Source: Clostridia bacterium (GTDB taxonomy: Bacteria > Bacillota > Clostridia > Christensenellales > CAG-917). Taken from it: 64,000 nucleotides of DNA. This document shows positions 51,799 through 59,975 of this stretch, in pieces. How positions within the stretch are numbered: the stretch's first letter is position 1; each line of letters begins with the position of its first letter. The stretch lies in contig JAFZVB010000010.1 in assembly GCA_017618055.1 (NCBI GenBank), forward strand, positions 31,631-95,630. The letters run 5' to 3'. A program made the translations under genes and the position numbers. The notes beneath the pieces are model-generated. The model was not told where the DNA came from and made no database searches. It saw only the letters and a list, made by a program, of their open reading frames with translations.

Positions 51799-52491
51799 TT
51801 AATATCCTCTCAACTCTACAAATCCTACATTAGGTTTAACTATTTCTAAAAATTCTTCTGCGTTTTTACGTGGGATTTGTGTTAATCCTTCTGCTATGTT
51901 TCCACCTTTGTCATCGAACTTTTGAAGATAGTATCTCTTTGCACCCTTTATTAGTTTTGCAATCTCTTCTATGTTCTTTTTAGAATGTGCTTCAAAGATA
52001 AGGGTTGTTCTAAACTCGTAGTCTACATGTCCTTCCAAAAGATAGTCTATAGACTCTTTAACTTTAGATGTATCAAAGTTCTCTATACCTATTGTAATGT
52101 CATAATCATCGAGAGAATTCTTAACGTCCATAGCAACATAATCTACAAGTTTATCTTCTACCAATTCTTTTAGCATTTTAGGATTGGATCCGTTTGTGTC
52201 TAACTTAATCTTGTAATTATATTTTTCTTTTAAATGTCTTATATAATCTGGCAAATCTTTATTAATTGTTGGTTCTCCTCCACTTATTACAATTGCGTCT
52301 AAGACATTTTTTCTCATGTCTAAGTAATCCTCTATCTCTTGTTGTGAAATAGGTTCTGGGAGTCTTCCAACGACTAAGGCACCATTCTGGCAAAAAGGAC
52401 AGCAAAAATTACAAGCTCCTGTAAATAATATACAGGAGGTGTAACCGTCATAATCTACGAATGATACTTTTTCTATGCCGTAAATTTTCAT
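51799..52491 (-). CDS. nrdG: anaerobic ribonucleoside-triphosphate reductase activating protein (radical SAM)
   Basis: MKIYGIEKVSFVDYDGYTSCILFTGACNFCCPFCQN contains the CxxxCxxC cluster. The ATG overlaps the trxB-like TGA (ATGA at 52491-52488). Confidence 0.8.
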   Translation of the reverse strand: MKIYGIEKVSFVDYDGYTSCILFTGACNFCCPFCQNGALVVGRLPEPISQQEIEDYLDMRKNVLDAIVISGGEPTINKDLPDYIRHLKEKYNYKIKLDTNGSNPKMLKELVEDKLVDYVAMDVKNSLDDYDITIGIENFDTSKVKESIDYLLEGHVDYEFRTTLIFEAHSKKNIEEIAKLIKGAKRYYLQKFDDKGGNIAEGLTQIPRKNAEEFLEIVKPNVGFVELRGY

Positions 52492-53402
52492 AATGTATCT
52501 ACATATGTGGATGCTGCTGTTGCTGCAACTGCACCGTCTCCACAAGCTGTTGTTAATTGGCGAATCTTCTTTGTTCTGCAATCTCCAGCAACGAATAAAC
52601 CTGGAGTCTTTGTGGTACATGTTTCGTCTGCAACAATGTAACCCGCTTTGTCTAGGTCTACAACGTTTTCAAATTTCTTGTTGTCTGGAACTTGTCCTAT
52701 TGCAATAAAAACGCCTTTTGTTTTGAAGTTTATAATAGAACCATCATCTTTGTTCTTGAATACAAGACCTGTTAAAGAACCGTTTTCAGATTCAAATGCT
52801 TGTAATTCACGATTGTGATAGTATGTAATATTTTCTCTTTCTTTTAATGCTTTTACTAAATAGTTTTCTGCAAAGAATTTATCAAAGAGTGTGAATACTG
52901 TAACGCTCTTACATTTATTTGCAAGAAGCAATGCGTATTGAAGTGCTGTGTTTGCATCTCCTATTAAAGCGATATCTTCGCCTGTATAGAAAGCACCATC
53001 ACAAAGTGCACAATAGCTAACACCATTTCCAATGAGTTCTTCTTCACCTGCTACTCCAGTATGTCTATGTTTAACACCTACTGCAAGAATAACTGCCTTG
53101 GATCTTCTTTCGCCATACTCTGTTTTGACTGTAAAGAATCCGTCTTCATCTTTTGTGACCTTCTCTACTTTTTCCAATTCAAAGTCTGCACCAAGGTTTG
53201 TGATTTGTTCAAATAATTTGTCTGAAAAATCACTTCCACTAATTTCTTTAATGGATGGGAAGTTTTCTACTCTTGGGGAGTTAGCTATTTGTCCACCAAC
53301 ATTTTCTTGTTCTAAAACTAAAACGCTCTTTCCGTTTCTTAAAGCATATAATGCTGCTGTCATTCCAGATGCGCCTGCACCAATAACAATAATATCAACC
53401 AT
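52488..53402 (-). CDS. thioredoxin-reductase-like flavoprotein with CxxC but degenerate NADPH-binding motifs
   Basis: IVIGAGASGMTAALYA (FAD GxGxxG) and SYCALCDGAFY (redox CxxC) are present. GGGNSA is replaced by GDANTA and HRRDxFRA by TLFDKFFA. Confidence 0.8.
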   Translation of the reverse strand: MVDIIVIGAGASGMTAALYALRNGKSVLVLEQENVGGQIANSPRVENFPSIKEISGSDFSDKLFEQITNLGADFELEKVEKVTKDEDGFFTVKTEYGERRSKAVILAVGVKHRHTGVAGEEELIGNGVSYCALCDGAFYTGEDIALIGDANTALQYALLLANKCKSVTVFTLFDKFFAENYLVKALKERENITYYHNRELQAFESENGSLTGLVFKNKDDGSIINFKTKGVFIAIGQVPDNKKFENVVDLDKAGYIVADETCTTKTPGLFVAGDCRTKKIRQLTTACGDGAVAATAASTYVDTL

Positions 53403-53420
53403 TATTCACCTCAATTTATA

Positions 53421-53462
53421 TAAAAAAGCCGCAATCTGTCATTGCAAGGCAAAAAGCGGCTT
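53421..53462 (-). terminator. hairpin plus T-tract between nrdD and the trxB-like gene (partial terminator or attenuator)
   Basis: Minus strand reads AAGCCGC-23 nt-GCGGCTT-TTTTAT, immediately before the GAGGTG SD of the next gene. Confidence 0.4.
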
Positions 53463-53476
53463 GTATTGTTAATTAA

Positions 53477-55852
53477 TTATTTTGTTGTTTCAATGAAGCG
53501 TTTGATTTCACTTGCGTTCTCGTATTTGTCATATGTTCCAGCTGCATTTGGTACAAATAATGTTGGAGCTTTTCTTACGCCAAATTCGATTGTTGTTTGT
53601 TTTTCTTCTTCTGCATCGATTACTTTGTAAGCAATTTGTGCTTTATCAAGCATCATCTTGCTCATCTTGCAGTTTGGACATGTCTTTGTTGCGAATAAAA
53701 GGATGTCGTTAGATGTGAATTCAACTTTCTTATCGTCTGCAATTTTTTCTGTGATTGTTGCATTTGCTGGCTTTGTGGATGCTGCTAAATCATATTCTCT
53801 TCTTTCTGCGAATTCAGCAAGTTTTCCTTCGTTCCAGTTTTGGATTGGACGATAGTATCCTGTGATACGGCTGTAAACTTCTGTTGTCTTTCCACACTTT
53901 GGACATGTGTATTGTTCACCTTCGATATATCCGTGTTCTTGGCAGATGGAATATGTTGGACTTAATGTGTAGTATGGTAATCTGTAGTTGTTAGCAATCT
54001 TTCTAACGATGTCTGCAGCTTGTTTCCATGTAGATAATCTTTGTCCTAAGAATGCGTGGAATACTGTACCAGATGTATATAATGTTTGAAGTTCATCTTG
54101 GATGTCTAATGCCTTGAAGATATCTTCTGTGTATCCAACTGGAAGGTGTGAACTATTTGTATAATATGGTTCTTTGCAATCTCCACCAACTGCTGTGATG
54201 ATGTTTGGATACATCTCTTTGTCATGCTTTGCAAGACGATATGCTGTAGATTCTGCTGGTGTTGCTTCTAAGTTATAGAGATCTCCATATAATTCTTGGT
54301 AGTCACTTAAACGATTTCTCATATGGTTAAGAACATCTTTTGTGAAGTTTTGTGCCTTTTCGTTTGTTAAGTCTTCTCTAATCCATGCAGCATTTAAGCA
54401 TGTTTCGTTCATACCAACTAAACCGATTGTTGAGAAGTGGTTGTTGAATGTTCCAAGATAGTGTTTTGTATATGGATATAAGCCATTGTCTAAGAACTTT
54501 GTTACAGCGTCTCTCTTAATCTTTAAGGAACGTGCTGCGATATCCATAATCTTATCTAATCTTTGATAGAATTCTTCTTCTGTCTTGCTTAAGTATGCGA
54601 TTCTTGGCATATTGATTGTTACAACACCGATAGAACCTGTGCTTTCACCACTTCCAAAGAATCCACCACTCTTCTTTCTTAATTCTCTTAAGTCTAATCT
54701 TAAACGGCAGCACATTGATCTTACATCACTTGGTTCCATATCAGAATTTACATAGTTGCTGAAGTATGGTGTACCATATTTTGCTGTCATTGTGAATAAT
54801 AACTTGTTGTTTTCTGTTTCGGACCAGTCAAAGTCTCTTGTGATTGAATATGTTGGGATTGGATATTGGAATCCTCTACCGTTTGCATCACCTTCGATCA
54901 TGATTTCGATGAATGCCTTGTTAACCATCTTCATTTCTTCTACGCAGTCTTTGTACTTGAAATCCATTTCTTTTCCACCAACGATTGCATTGAGTTCTGC
55001 TAAGTCGTTTGGAACTGTCCAGTCTAATGTGATGTTTGTGAATGGTGCTTGTGTACCCCATCTGGATGGTGTGTTTACGCCATAGATGAATGATTGGATA
55101 CATTGTTTAACTTCTTTGTATGTGAGATGATCTGCCTTAACAAAAGGAGCAAGATATGTATCAAATGAAGAGAAAGCTTGTGCTCCTGCCCATTCGTTTT
55201 GCATAATACCGAGGAAGTTAACCATTTGGTTACAGAGTGTGCTTAAGTGTGATGCTGGTGCTGATGTAATCTTTCCTGGAATACCACCGAGACCATCTTT
55301 AATTAATTGCTTTAATGACCAACCTGCACAGTAACCTGTAAGCATTGATAAGTCATGAAGGTGAATATCACAATTTCTGTGTGCATCACCAATTTCATCA
55401 TCATAAATTTCACTTAACCAATAGTTTGCTGTTACAGCACCAGAGTTGGAAAGAATTAAACCACCAACTGAATATGTAACTGTACTATTTTCTTTAACTC
55501 TCCAGTCATCTACCTTCAAATACTTTTCAACTGTCTTCTTGTAGTCAACGATTGTGTCTTTGATGTTACGGATCTTTTCGTGTTGTTTACGATATACGAT
55601 ATATGCCTTTGCAACATCTACAAAACCTGCTTGAATTAATACAACTTCAACTGCGTCTTGGATATCTTCAACTGTTACGATTTCGTCCTTAATTTTGCTG
55701 GAAAATTCTGCTGTAACTCTTAATGCTAACATCTCGAGTATATTTTTGTTATACATTTTGTCTTTTGCATCGAATGCTTTTCTGATGGCTGTTTCGATTT
55801 TTTCAATGTTGAATTCAACTACTGAACCGTCTCTTTTCTTAACTTGATACAT
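53477..55852 (-). CDS. nrdD: anaerobic (class III) ribonucleoside-triphosphate reductase with a C-terminal glutaredoxin/NrdH-like extension
   Basis: N-terminal ATP-cone (VKKRDGSVVEFNIEKI), SMCCRLRL, the Zn site C..H..CPKCG and the glycyl-radical motif RITGYYRP (Gly codon at 53860-53858). About 110 further residues follow, with LLFATKTCPNCKMSK (CPNC at 53669-53680). Confidence 0.9.
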   Translation of the reverse strand: MYQVKKRDGSVVEFNIEKIETAIRKAFDAKDKMYNKNILEMLALRVTAEFSSKIKDEIVTVEDIQDAVEVVLIQAGFVDVAKAYIVYRKQHEKIRNIKDTIVDYKKTVEKYLKVDDWRVKENSTVTYSVGGLILSNSGAVTANYWLSEIYDDEIGDAHRNCDIHLHDLSMLTGYCAGWSLKQLIKDGLGGIPGKITSAPASHLSTLCNQMVNFLGIMQNEWAGAQAFSSFDTYLAPFVKADHLTYKEVKQCIQSFIYGVNTPSRWGTQAPFTNITLDWTVPNDLAELNAIVGGKEMDFKYKDCVEEMKMVNKAFIEIMIEGDANGRGFQYPIPTYSITRDFDWSETENNKLLFTMTAKYGTPYFSNYVNSDMEPSDVRSMCCRLRLDLRELRKKSGGFFGSGESTGSIGVVTINMPRIAYLSKTEEEFYQRLDKIMDIAARSLKIKRDAVTKFLDNGLYPYTKHYLGTFNNHFSTIGLVGMNETCLNAAWIREDLTNEKAQNFTKDVLNHMRNRLSDYQELYGDLYNLEATPAESTAYRLAKHDKEMYPNIITAVGGDCKEPYYTNSSHLPVGYTEDIFKALDIQDELQTLYTSGTVFHAFLGQRLSTWKQAADIVRKIANNYRLPYYTLSPTYSICQEHGYIEGEQYTCPKCGKTTEVYSRITGYYRPIQNWNEGKLAEFAERREYDLAASTKPANATITEKIADDKKVEFTSNDILLFATKTCPNCKMSKMMLDKAQIAYKVIDAEEEKQTTIEFGVRKAPTLFVPNAAGTYDKYENASEIKRFIETTK

Positions 55853-55889
55853 ATTAATTTCTCCTTATCTTTTCAAACTTTGCATTGTG

Positions 55890-55918
55890 ATTATAACACC
55901 CACTATATAGGTAGTCAA
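55890..55918 (-). promoter_or_regulatory. nrdD proximal promoter
   Basis: Minus strand reads TTGACT (55918-55913), 17 nt, TATAAT (55895-55890), about 30 nt before AAGGAG-N8-ATG. Confidence 0.6.
55900..55915. promoter_or_regulatory. NrdR-box-like element A (in the spacer of the nrdD promoter)
   Basis: CCACTATATAGGTAGT. The left half matches the NrdR consensus acaCwAtATaTwGtgt well and the right half is weak (about 11/16). Confidence 0.4.
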
Positions 55919-55957
55919 CACAAAAAACGCTATATATTGAAAAAATTTTTCGTGAAA

Positions 55958-55973
55958 CCACAATATCTAGTGT
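55958..55973. promoter_or_regulatory. NrdR-box-like element B
   Basis: CCACAATATCTAGTGT matches about 14/16. It is embedded in an 8-bp inverted repeat, CGTGAAAC...GTTTCACG (55951-55979). Confidence 0.5.
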
Positions 55974-56150
55974 TTCACGGAGTTTACTTGTTTATGACAA
56001 AATTTGTAAAAATACACGATAATAATGTCCTTTTCTATCATATCTCCACTTATTACTACATTTTTGATTTTTTCTTATGTATAATACCGTATAATTATAA
56101 AGTTTTTATGCAAAAAACGTTGTTTTTGGCATTTTTACCACCACTACATA

Positions 56151-56166
56151 TTGTGGTGTAATTTTT
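56151..56166. promoter_or_regulatory. NrdR-box-like element C (distal)
   Basis: CCACTACATATTGTGG matches about 13/16. It lies between a weak TTACAC and TAAAAT on the minus strand. Confidence 0.4.
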
Positions 56167-56269
56167 TTTAAAACACAACATACATTTCACATTTTTCTCA
56201 AAATATGATATTAAAACATATCTTTTATAATTTATTTTGATTCTTAATTTATATAGTATTAGTAGTTAA

Positions 56270-56297
56270 TAAAAAAGGGAGTCTTTATTGACCCCCC
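56270..56297 (-). terminator. rho-independent terminator after the WYL regulator gene
   Basis: Minus strand reads GGGGGTC-aataaa-GACTCCC followed by TTTTTTATT. Confidence 0.55.
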
Positions 56298-56303
56298 AAT
56301 TCT

Positions 56304-57293
56304 TTATTTATAACGTTTTATTTGCTCTTCATAATGAGTCTTAAGTTTATCTTTTAATTTCTGTGGAGAAAGAAGTCTTACGCCTTCACCATATTGTAAA
56401 AGCCAATAAAAGAGTGCATCTTCATCACATCTAATATTTACAATAGTATTTCCATTCTCATCCTTTCTTACGAAAGCTTTATCTCCAAACCAATCCATAA
56501 TATATTGCATAGCTGCTGGTTTTACAATTTCGATACTTGCATTAACCACTTCTCCACCAAATGGATAAATATGTTCATTGATATATTGTGCAATATTAAA
56601 GTTTTCCAATCCAATAAAGGAATGAAGTGGAATTAAATCATCTTCCGTAACGGATACTTCTTTGATTAAATCTACTCTGTATGTTGAAATTGGTTTCTTG
56701 CTACTTGCATAGGAATTACAAAGCAAATAATATCTGCCTTGGCTATTAATTAAATAGTATGGAGAAACGGTATACTTGTTATTTCCCTTTCTTGGAATAA
56801 GTTCGCCTTTCTCATTATATGTGTAGTAATAGAAGGATACTTTTTTGCCCTTCTTAATAGCCTCATTGATAATATCAATGTTTAAGAATAATTGGACGTT
56901 ATCACTTCTTGCAATTGCATTACTATTTACAAGGTAATCATAATCTCTTTGTTGGTAGATACTTAAATGCTCATTTAATCTCTTTGTAATGTTTTTAGCA
57001 TACTTACCTGAAATGGATTTAGATGAAAAGATTGCATCATCTAAGAATCTGATCTCAGATGCATCAAACAATCTTCCGGAATAATAACAACCCATTTTCT
57101 TTGCTTTTGTGATGTCATATCCCAATTCAATTAAAATATCTATTGAATTACCAATACTCTTTCTCTCAACAGAAACACCATAATCACTTTGCATCAAATC
57201 AATAATCTGTTGATGTGTTAACATATGGTTTTCATCTGAATACTTTTCTAATACTTTTAATACTAATAAAATTGTTCCTTTCTTATCTATCAT
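56304..57293 (-). CDS. HTH plus WYL domain transcriptional regulator
   Basis: N-terminal winged-helix-like segment (LLVLKVLEKYSDENHMLTHQQIIDLM..YGVSVERKSI). The central block ..KVSFYYYTYNEKGELIPRKGNNKYTVSPYYLINSQGRYYLLC.. is WYL-like. Confidence 0.65.
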   Translation of the reverse strand: MIDKKGTILLVLKVLEKYSDENHMLTHQQIIDLMQSDYGVSVERKSIGNSIDILIELGYDITKAKKMGCYYSGRLFDASEIRFLDDAIFSSKSISGKYAKNITKRLNEHLSIYQQRDYDYLVNSNAIARSDNVQLFLNIDIINEAIKKGKKVSFYYYTYNEKGELIPRKGNNKYTVSPYYLINSQGRYYLLCNSYASSKKPISTYRVDLIKEVSVTEDDLIPLHSFIGLENFNIAQYINEHIYPFGGEVVNASIEIVKPAAMQYIMDWFGDKAFVRKDENGNTIVNIRCDEDALFYWLLQYGEGVRLLSPQKLKDKLKTHYEEQIKRYK

Positions 57294-57404
57294 AACAATA
57301 TCTCCACTGCTTGTTCTTTCGTTATCTTCACTGATATTATACGATAGTCAATGTACCAAAAATGGAACATAAAAAAGACAAATCATCCTTTTATAAAATA
57401 AAAA

Positions 57405-57480
57405 TGGTCGGAGTGATGAGACTTGAACCCATGGCCTCATGGTCCCGAACCATGCGCTCTACCAACTGAGCTACACCCCG
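57405..57480 (-). tRNA. tRNA-Pro (CGG)
   Basis: Reverse complement is CGGGGTGTAGCTCAGTTGGTAGAGCGCATGGTTCGGGACCATG..TTCAAGT..CACTCCGACCA. Anticodon loop is tTCGGGa. Confidence 0.85.
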
Positions 57481-57533
57481 ATTTCATTAAATCTTAACAA
57501 CACTACTCTCCATTGTCAATCTAGGAATAACGT

Positions 57534-57562
57534 TTGCTTTTTACCCATTCGTGTTTTATAAT
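57534..57562 (+). promoter_or_regulatory. putative promoter of tRNA-Gln
   Basis: TTGCTT-17 nt-TATAAT, with the -10 ending 11 nt before the tRNA 5' end. Confidence 0.5.
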
Positions 57563-57573
57563 AGCACTTGCAT

Positions 57574-57647
57574 TGGAGCGTGGTGTAGTGGTAGCACATG
57601 AGCCTCTGGATCTCAGTGTGAAGGTTCGATTCCTTTCGCTCCTGCCA
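57574..57647 (+). tRNA. tRNA-Gln (CUG)
   Basis: TGGAGCG..GTGT-AGTGGTA-GCAC..anticodon loop cTCTGGa..GAAGG-TTCGATT-CCTTT-CGCTCCT-G-CCA. It has U1 and G73 like E. coli tRNA-Gln, but position 72 is U. Confidence 0.7.
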
Positions 57648-57654
57648 TAATAAT

Positions 57655-57686
57655 AACAGCACCCTTTCGGATGCTGTTTTATTTTT
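57655..57686. terminator. hairpin terminator shared by tRNA-Gln and the convergent aminopeptidase gene
   Basis: AACAGCA-ccctttcgga-TGCTGTT followed by TTATTTTT. Confidence 0.55.
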
Positions 57687-57688
57687 AC

Positions 57689-58915
57689 TTAGATTGCCCA
57701 AACTCCATCTTTAAATAGTTGTATTCGTTTTCCGTTTTCATCTATTCCAACAATAGATAAATCATCCGAACCAATCATGAAGTCTACGTGTATTATTGAA
57801 TTGTTTATACCTGCTTTTTGTGCTTCTTCCATACTCATACTTGCACCATTTGGTAATAATTCTTTGAATCCAATACCCAATGCAACGTGACATACTGCAT
57901 TTTCATCAAATAGTGTGTTGTAGAATAATATTCCACTTTCATTGATTGGAGATGTATATGGAACTAATGCACACTCGCCAATTTGGCATGCACCTTCATC
58001 CATCTTTATCATATGTTCTAATGTCTTTTGGTTCTTTCTTGCTTTAACCTCAACTGCTTTTCCTTTTTCAAATCTAATTGAGAAATCTTCAATTAATTGC
58101 CCTTCGTAAGATAAAGGTTTTGTAGCAACTAGCAAACCATCACCTGTTTTAGCAAGTGGAGATGTGAATACTTCTTCTGTTGGAAGATTTGGATTGAAGG
58201 ATTTGCCTGTATCTGTTTCCTCTACACCTGCACCCCATTTGCATCCCTTAATTAATTCAACTTTAAAGTCTGTTCCTGTCTTGGATTTGTACTCTAAATA
58301 TTTTAAGTTTAGATTTGTTAAAAGGTTTCTCTTTTCAATTAAATAAGCATTATGCTTATCCCAGTTCTCACTTGTACCACTTTCTTCAACTCTGCAAGTA
58401 AAGAAGATTGCTTCCCAAAGTTTTTCCATTGCTTCTTCTACACTACATTTTGGGAATACTTTCTGCGCCCATTTTTCACTAGGAATTGCAGCTATACACC
58501 ATTTATATCTTCCATCCATAGCTTCTCTATATGGCTTAATCTTTGTTCTTACTTTCATTCCGGCTTTTGCTATCTTTTGAGGATTAATACCTTTGAATGC
58601 ATCTGGATCGTCATCGTCTAACCAGAGTTTGCATGGGAATTTCTTGCTTGCGTATTTCCATTTTGCAATAGTATATGGAGCCACTTTACCGAGATCAGAT
58701 AATTTCATATATTTATATGACAATCTGCTTACATCATTAGAGCTCCAGTCTACTACAACTTTCTTTGCTCCTGCCTTATAGCATTCTTCAACGATAATTG
58801 TTGCAAACTTGGCATTATCAACACTAGCATTAATCCAAACTTCTTCGCCTTTTAATACTCTTAATCCTTGTTTAACAAGTAATTCTGCATATTGTTGTAA
58901 TTTCTTTTCGTTCAT
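57689..58915 (-). CDS. aminopeptidase, peptidase family M29 (AmpS/PepS type)
   Basis: MNEKKLQQYAELLVKQGLRVLKGEEVWINASVDNAKFATIIVEECYKAGAKKVVVDW... AAGGAG lies upstream. Confidence 0.8.
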   Translation of the reverse strand: MNEKKLQQYAELLVKQGLRVLKGEEVWINASVDNAKFATIIVEECYKAGAKKVVVDWSSNDVSRLSYKYMKLSDLGKVAPYTIAKWKYASKKFPCKLWLDDDDPDAFKGINPQKIAKAGMKVRTKIKPYREAMDGRYKWCIAAIPSEKWAQKVFPKCSVEEAMEKLWEAIFFTCRVEESGTSENWDKHNAYLIEKRNLLTNLNLKYLEYKSKTGTDFKVELIKGCKWGAGVEETDTGKSFNPNLPTEEVFTSPLAKTGDGLLVATKPLSYEGQLIEDFSIRFEKGKAVEVKARKNQKTLEHMIKMDEGACQIGECALVPYTSPINESGILFYNTLFDENAVCHVALGIGFKELLPNGASMSMEEAQKAGINNSIIHVDFMIGSDDLSIVGIDENGKRIQLFKDGVWAI

Positions 58916-59048
58916 AATTTTTATCTCCTTTGCATATATTTTACATTGCTATTATTGGAATATCAAACAATTACTTTCCTTATTCTATATTCATAAACAA
59001 ATTATGAATATGTTGACAAATCAAGGCCTAAATGCTAACTTTATTGAT

Positions 59049-59942
59049 ATGAAATATTTAATTACTACAGATGCAACTGCGGATTATCCAAAGTGTTTTG
59101 AAGAAAAGGACTTCTACATTATCCAGATGTCTTATTTTATGGATGGTCTATTATATGATGGAATTGAAACTCCTTTCCTTTCTACTGTAGATTTTTATAA
59201 TAAGCTTGCAGCTGGTTCATTCTCCAAAACAGCAATGGCTACACATGATCAAGTTTACAAATTCTTTGATGAACTTCTCTCTAAAGGACAAGATATAATT
59301 CATATCTCTTTTGCAGAGCCATTATCTGGTGGATATGCTTGTTATTGCAATGTTGCAGAAGAATTAAGAGAAAAGTATCCGGACAGAAAGATTAATATTG
59401 TGGACTCTAAGTCTGCATCCATTGGAGAAGGATTACTTGTTTGGTATGCATTAAGAAATAGAGATAAAGGTGCATCCTACGAAGACGAAGTTATCTATAT
59501 AACAAGTATGAGAGATAATATGGGACATCTATTCACTATAGATGACATTATGCACTTATATAGAGGTGGAAGACTTAAGAAAAATGCTGCTTTAATTGGC
59601 AAGACAATTCAAATTAAACCTATTCTCTCTTGTGATCCAGATGGGAACCTAATTACTATTGGGAAAGCAATGGGAAAGAGAAATGCTATTAAATCCGTAT
59701 TATCTTTCTTTGAAAATATGTCTGAAGGGTTAGAACAAGAAATAATCTTTATCCAACATGCAGATAATTTAAAGGATGCAGAATTATTAAAGAGCAAGGT
59801 CATTGAAATATGTAATATTTCAGAAGATAAGATTATTATAGATGAACTTGGACCAATTATTGGTTCTCACTTAGGCAAAGGTGCTCTAACATTATCCTTT
59901 AAATGCAAGGATAGAAAAGAAAAATTAAAGTTTGAAAAGTAA
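59049..59942 (+). CDS. DegV family fatty-acid-binding protein
   Basis: MKYLITTDATADYP... has a typical DegV N-terminus, with later GPIIGSHLGKGAL. The exact start is uncertain because there is no clear SD. The ORF-track start at 58809 overlaps the divergent gene. Confidence 0.75.
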   Translation: MKYLITTDATADYPKCFEEKDFYIIQMSYFMDGLLYDGIETPFLSTVDFYNKLAAGSFSKTAMATHDQVYKFFDELLSKGQDIIHISFAEPLSGGYACYCNVAEELREKYPDRKINIVDSKSASIGEGLLVWYALRNRDKGASYEDEVIYITSMRDNMGHLFTIDDIMHLYRGGRLKKNAALIGKTIQIKPILSCDPDGNLITIGKAMGKRNAIKSVLSFFENMSEGLEQEIIFIQHADNLKDAELLKSKVIEICNISEDKIIIDELGPIIGSHLGKGALTLSFKCKDRKEKLKFEK

Positions 59943-59943
59943 T

Positions 59944-59975
59944 AAAAAAGTAGGTTCGCACCTACTCTTTTTTTT
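59944..59975. terminator. bidirectional terminator
   Basis: aaaaaAGTAGGT-tcgc-ACCTACTcttttttt. Confidence 0.6.

Noticed and set aside
52492-52620. The longer nrdG ORF start (MYHKDSRF...), which overlaps the trxB-like gene by about 130 nt.
   Set aside because: The extension is the out-of-frame reading of the trxB-like 3' end. The conserved NrdG N-terminus begins at MKIYGIEKV, with an ATGA coupling overlap.
55844-56161. A 105-aa plus-strand ORF in the nrdD upstream region.
   Set aside because: It has no SD and its translation is AT-rich and low-complexity. It spans the nrdD promoter and the NrdR-like boxes and overlaps the nrdD start.
58809-59048. The long N-terminal extension of the DegV ORF.
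   Set aside because: It overlaps the 5' end of the divergent aminopeptidase gene and the promoter region. The DegV homology starts at MKYLITTD.
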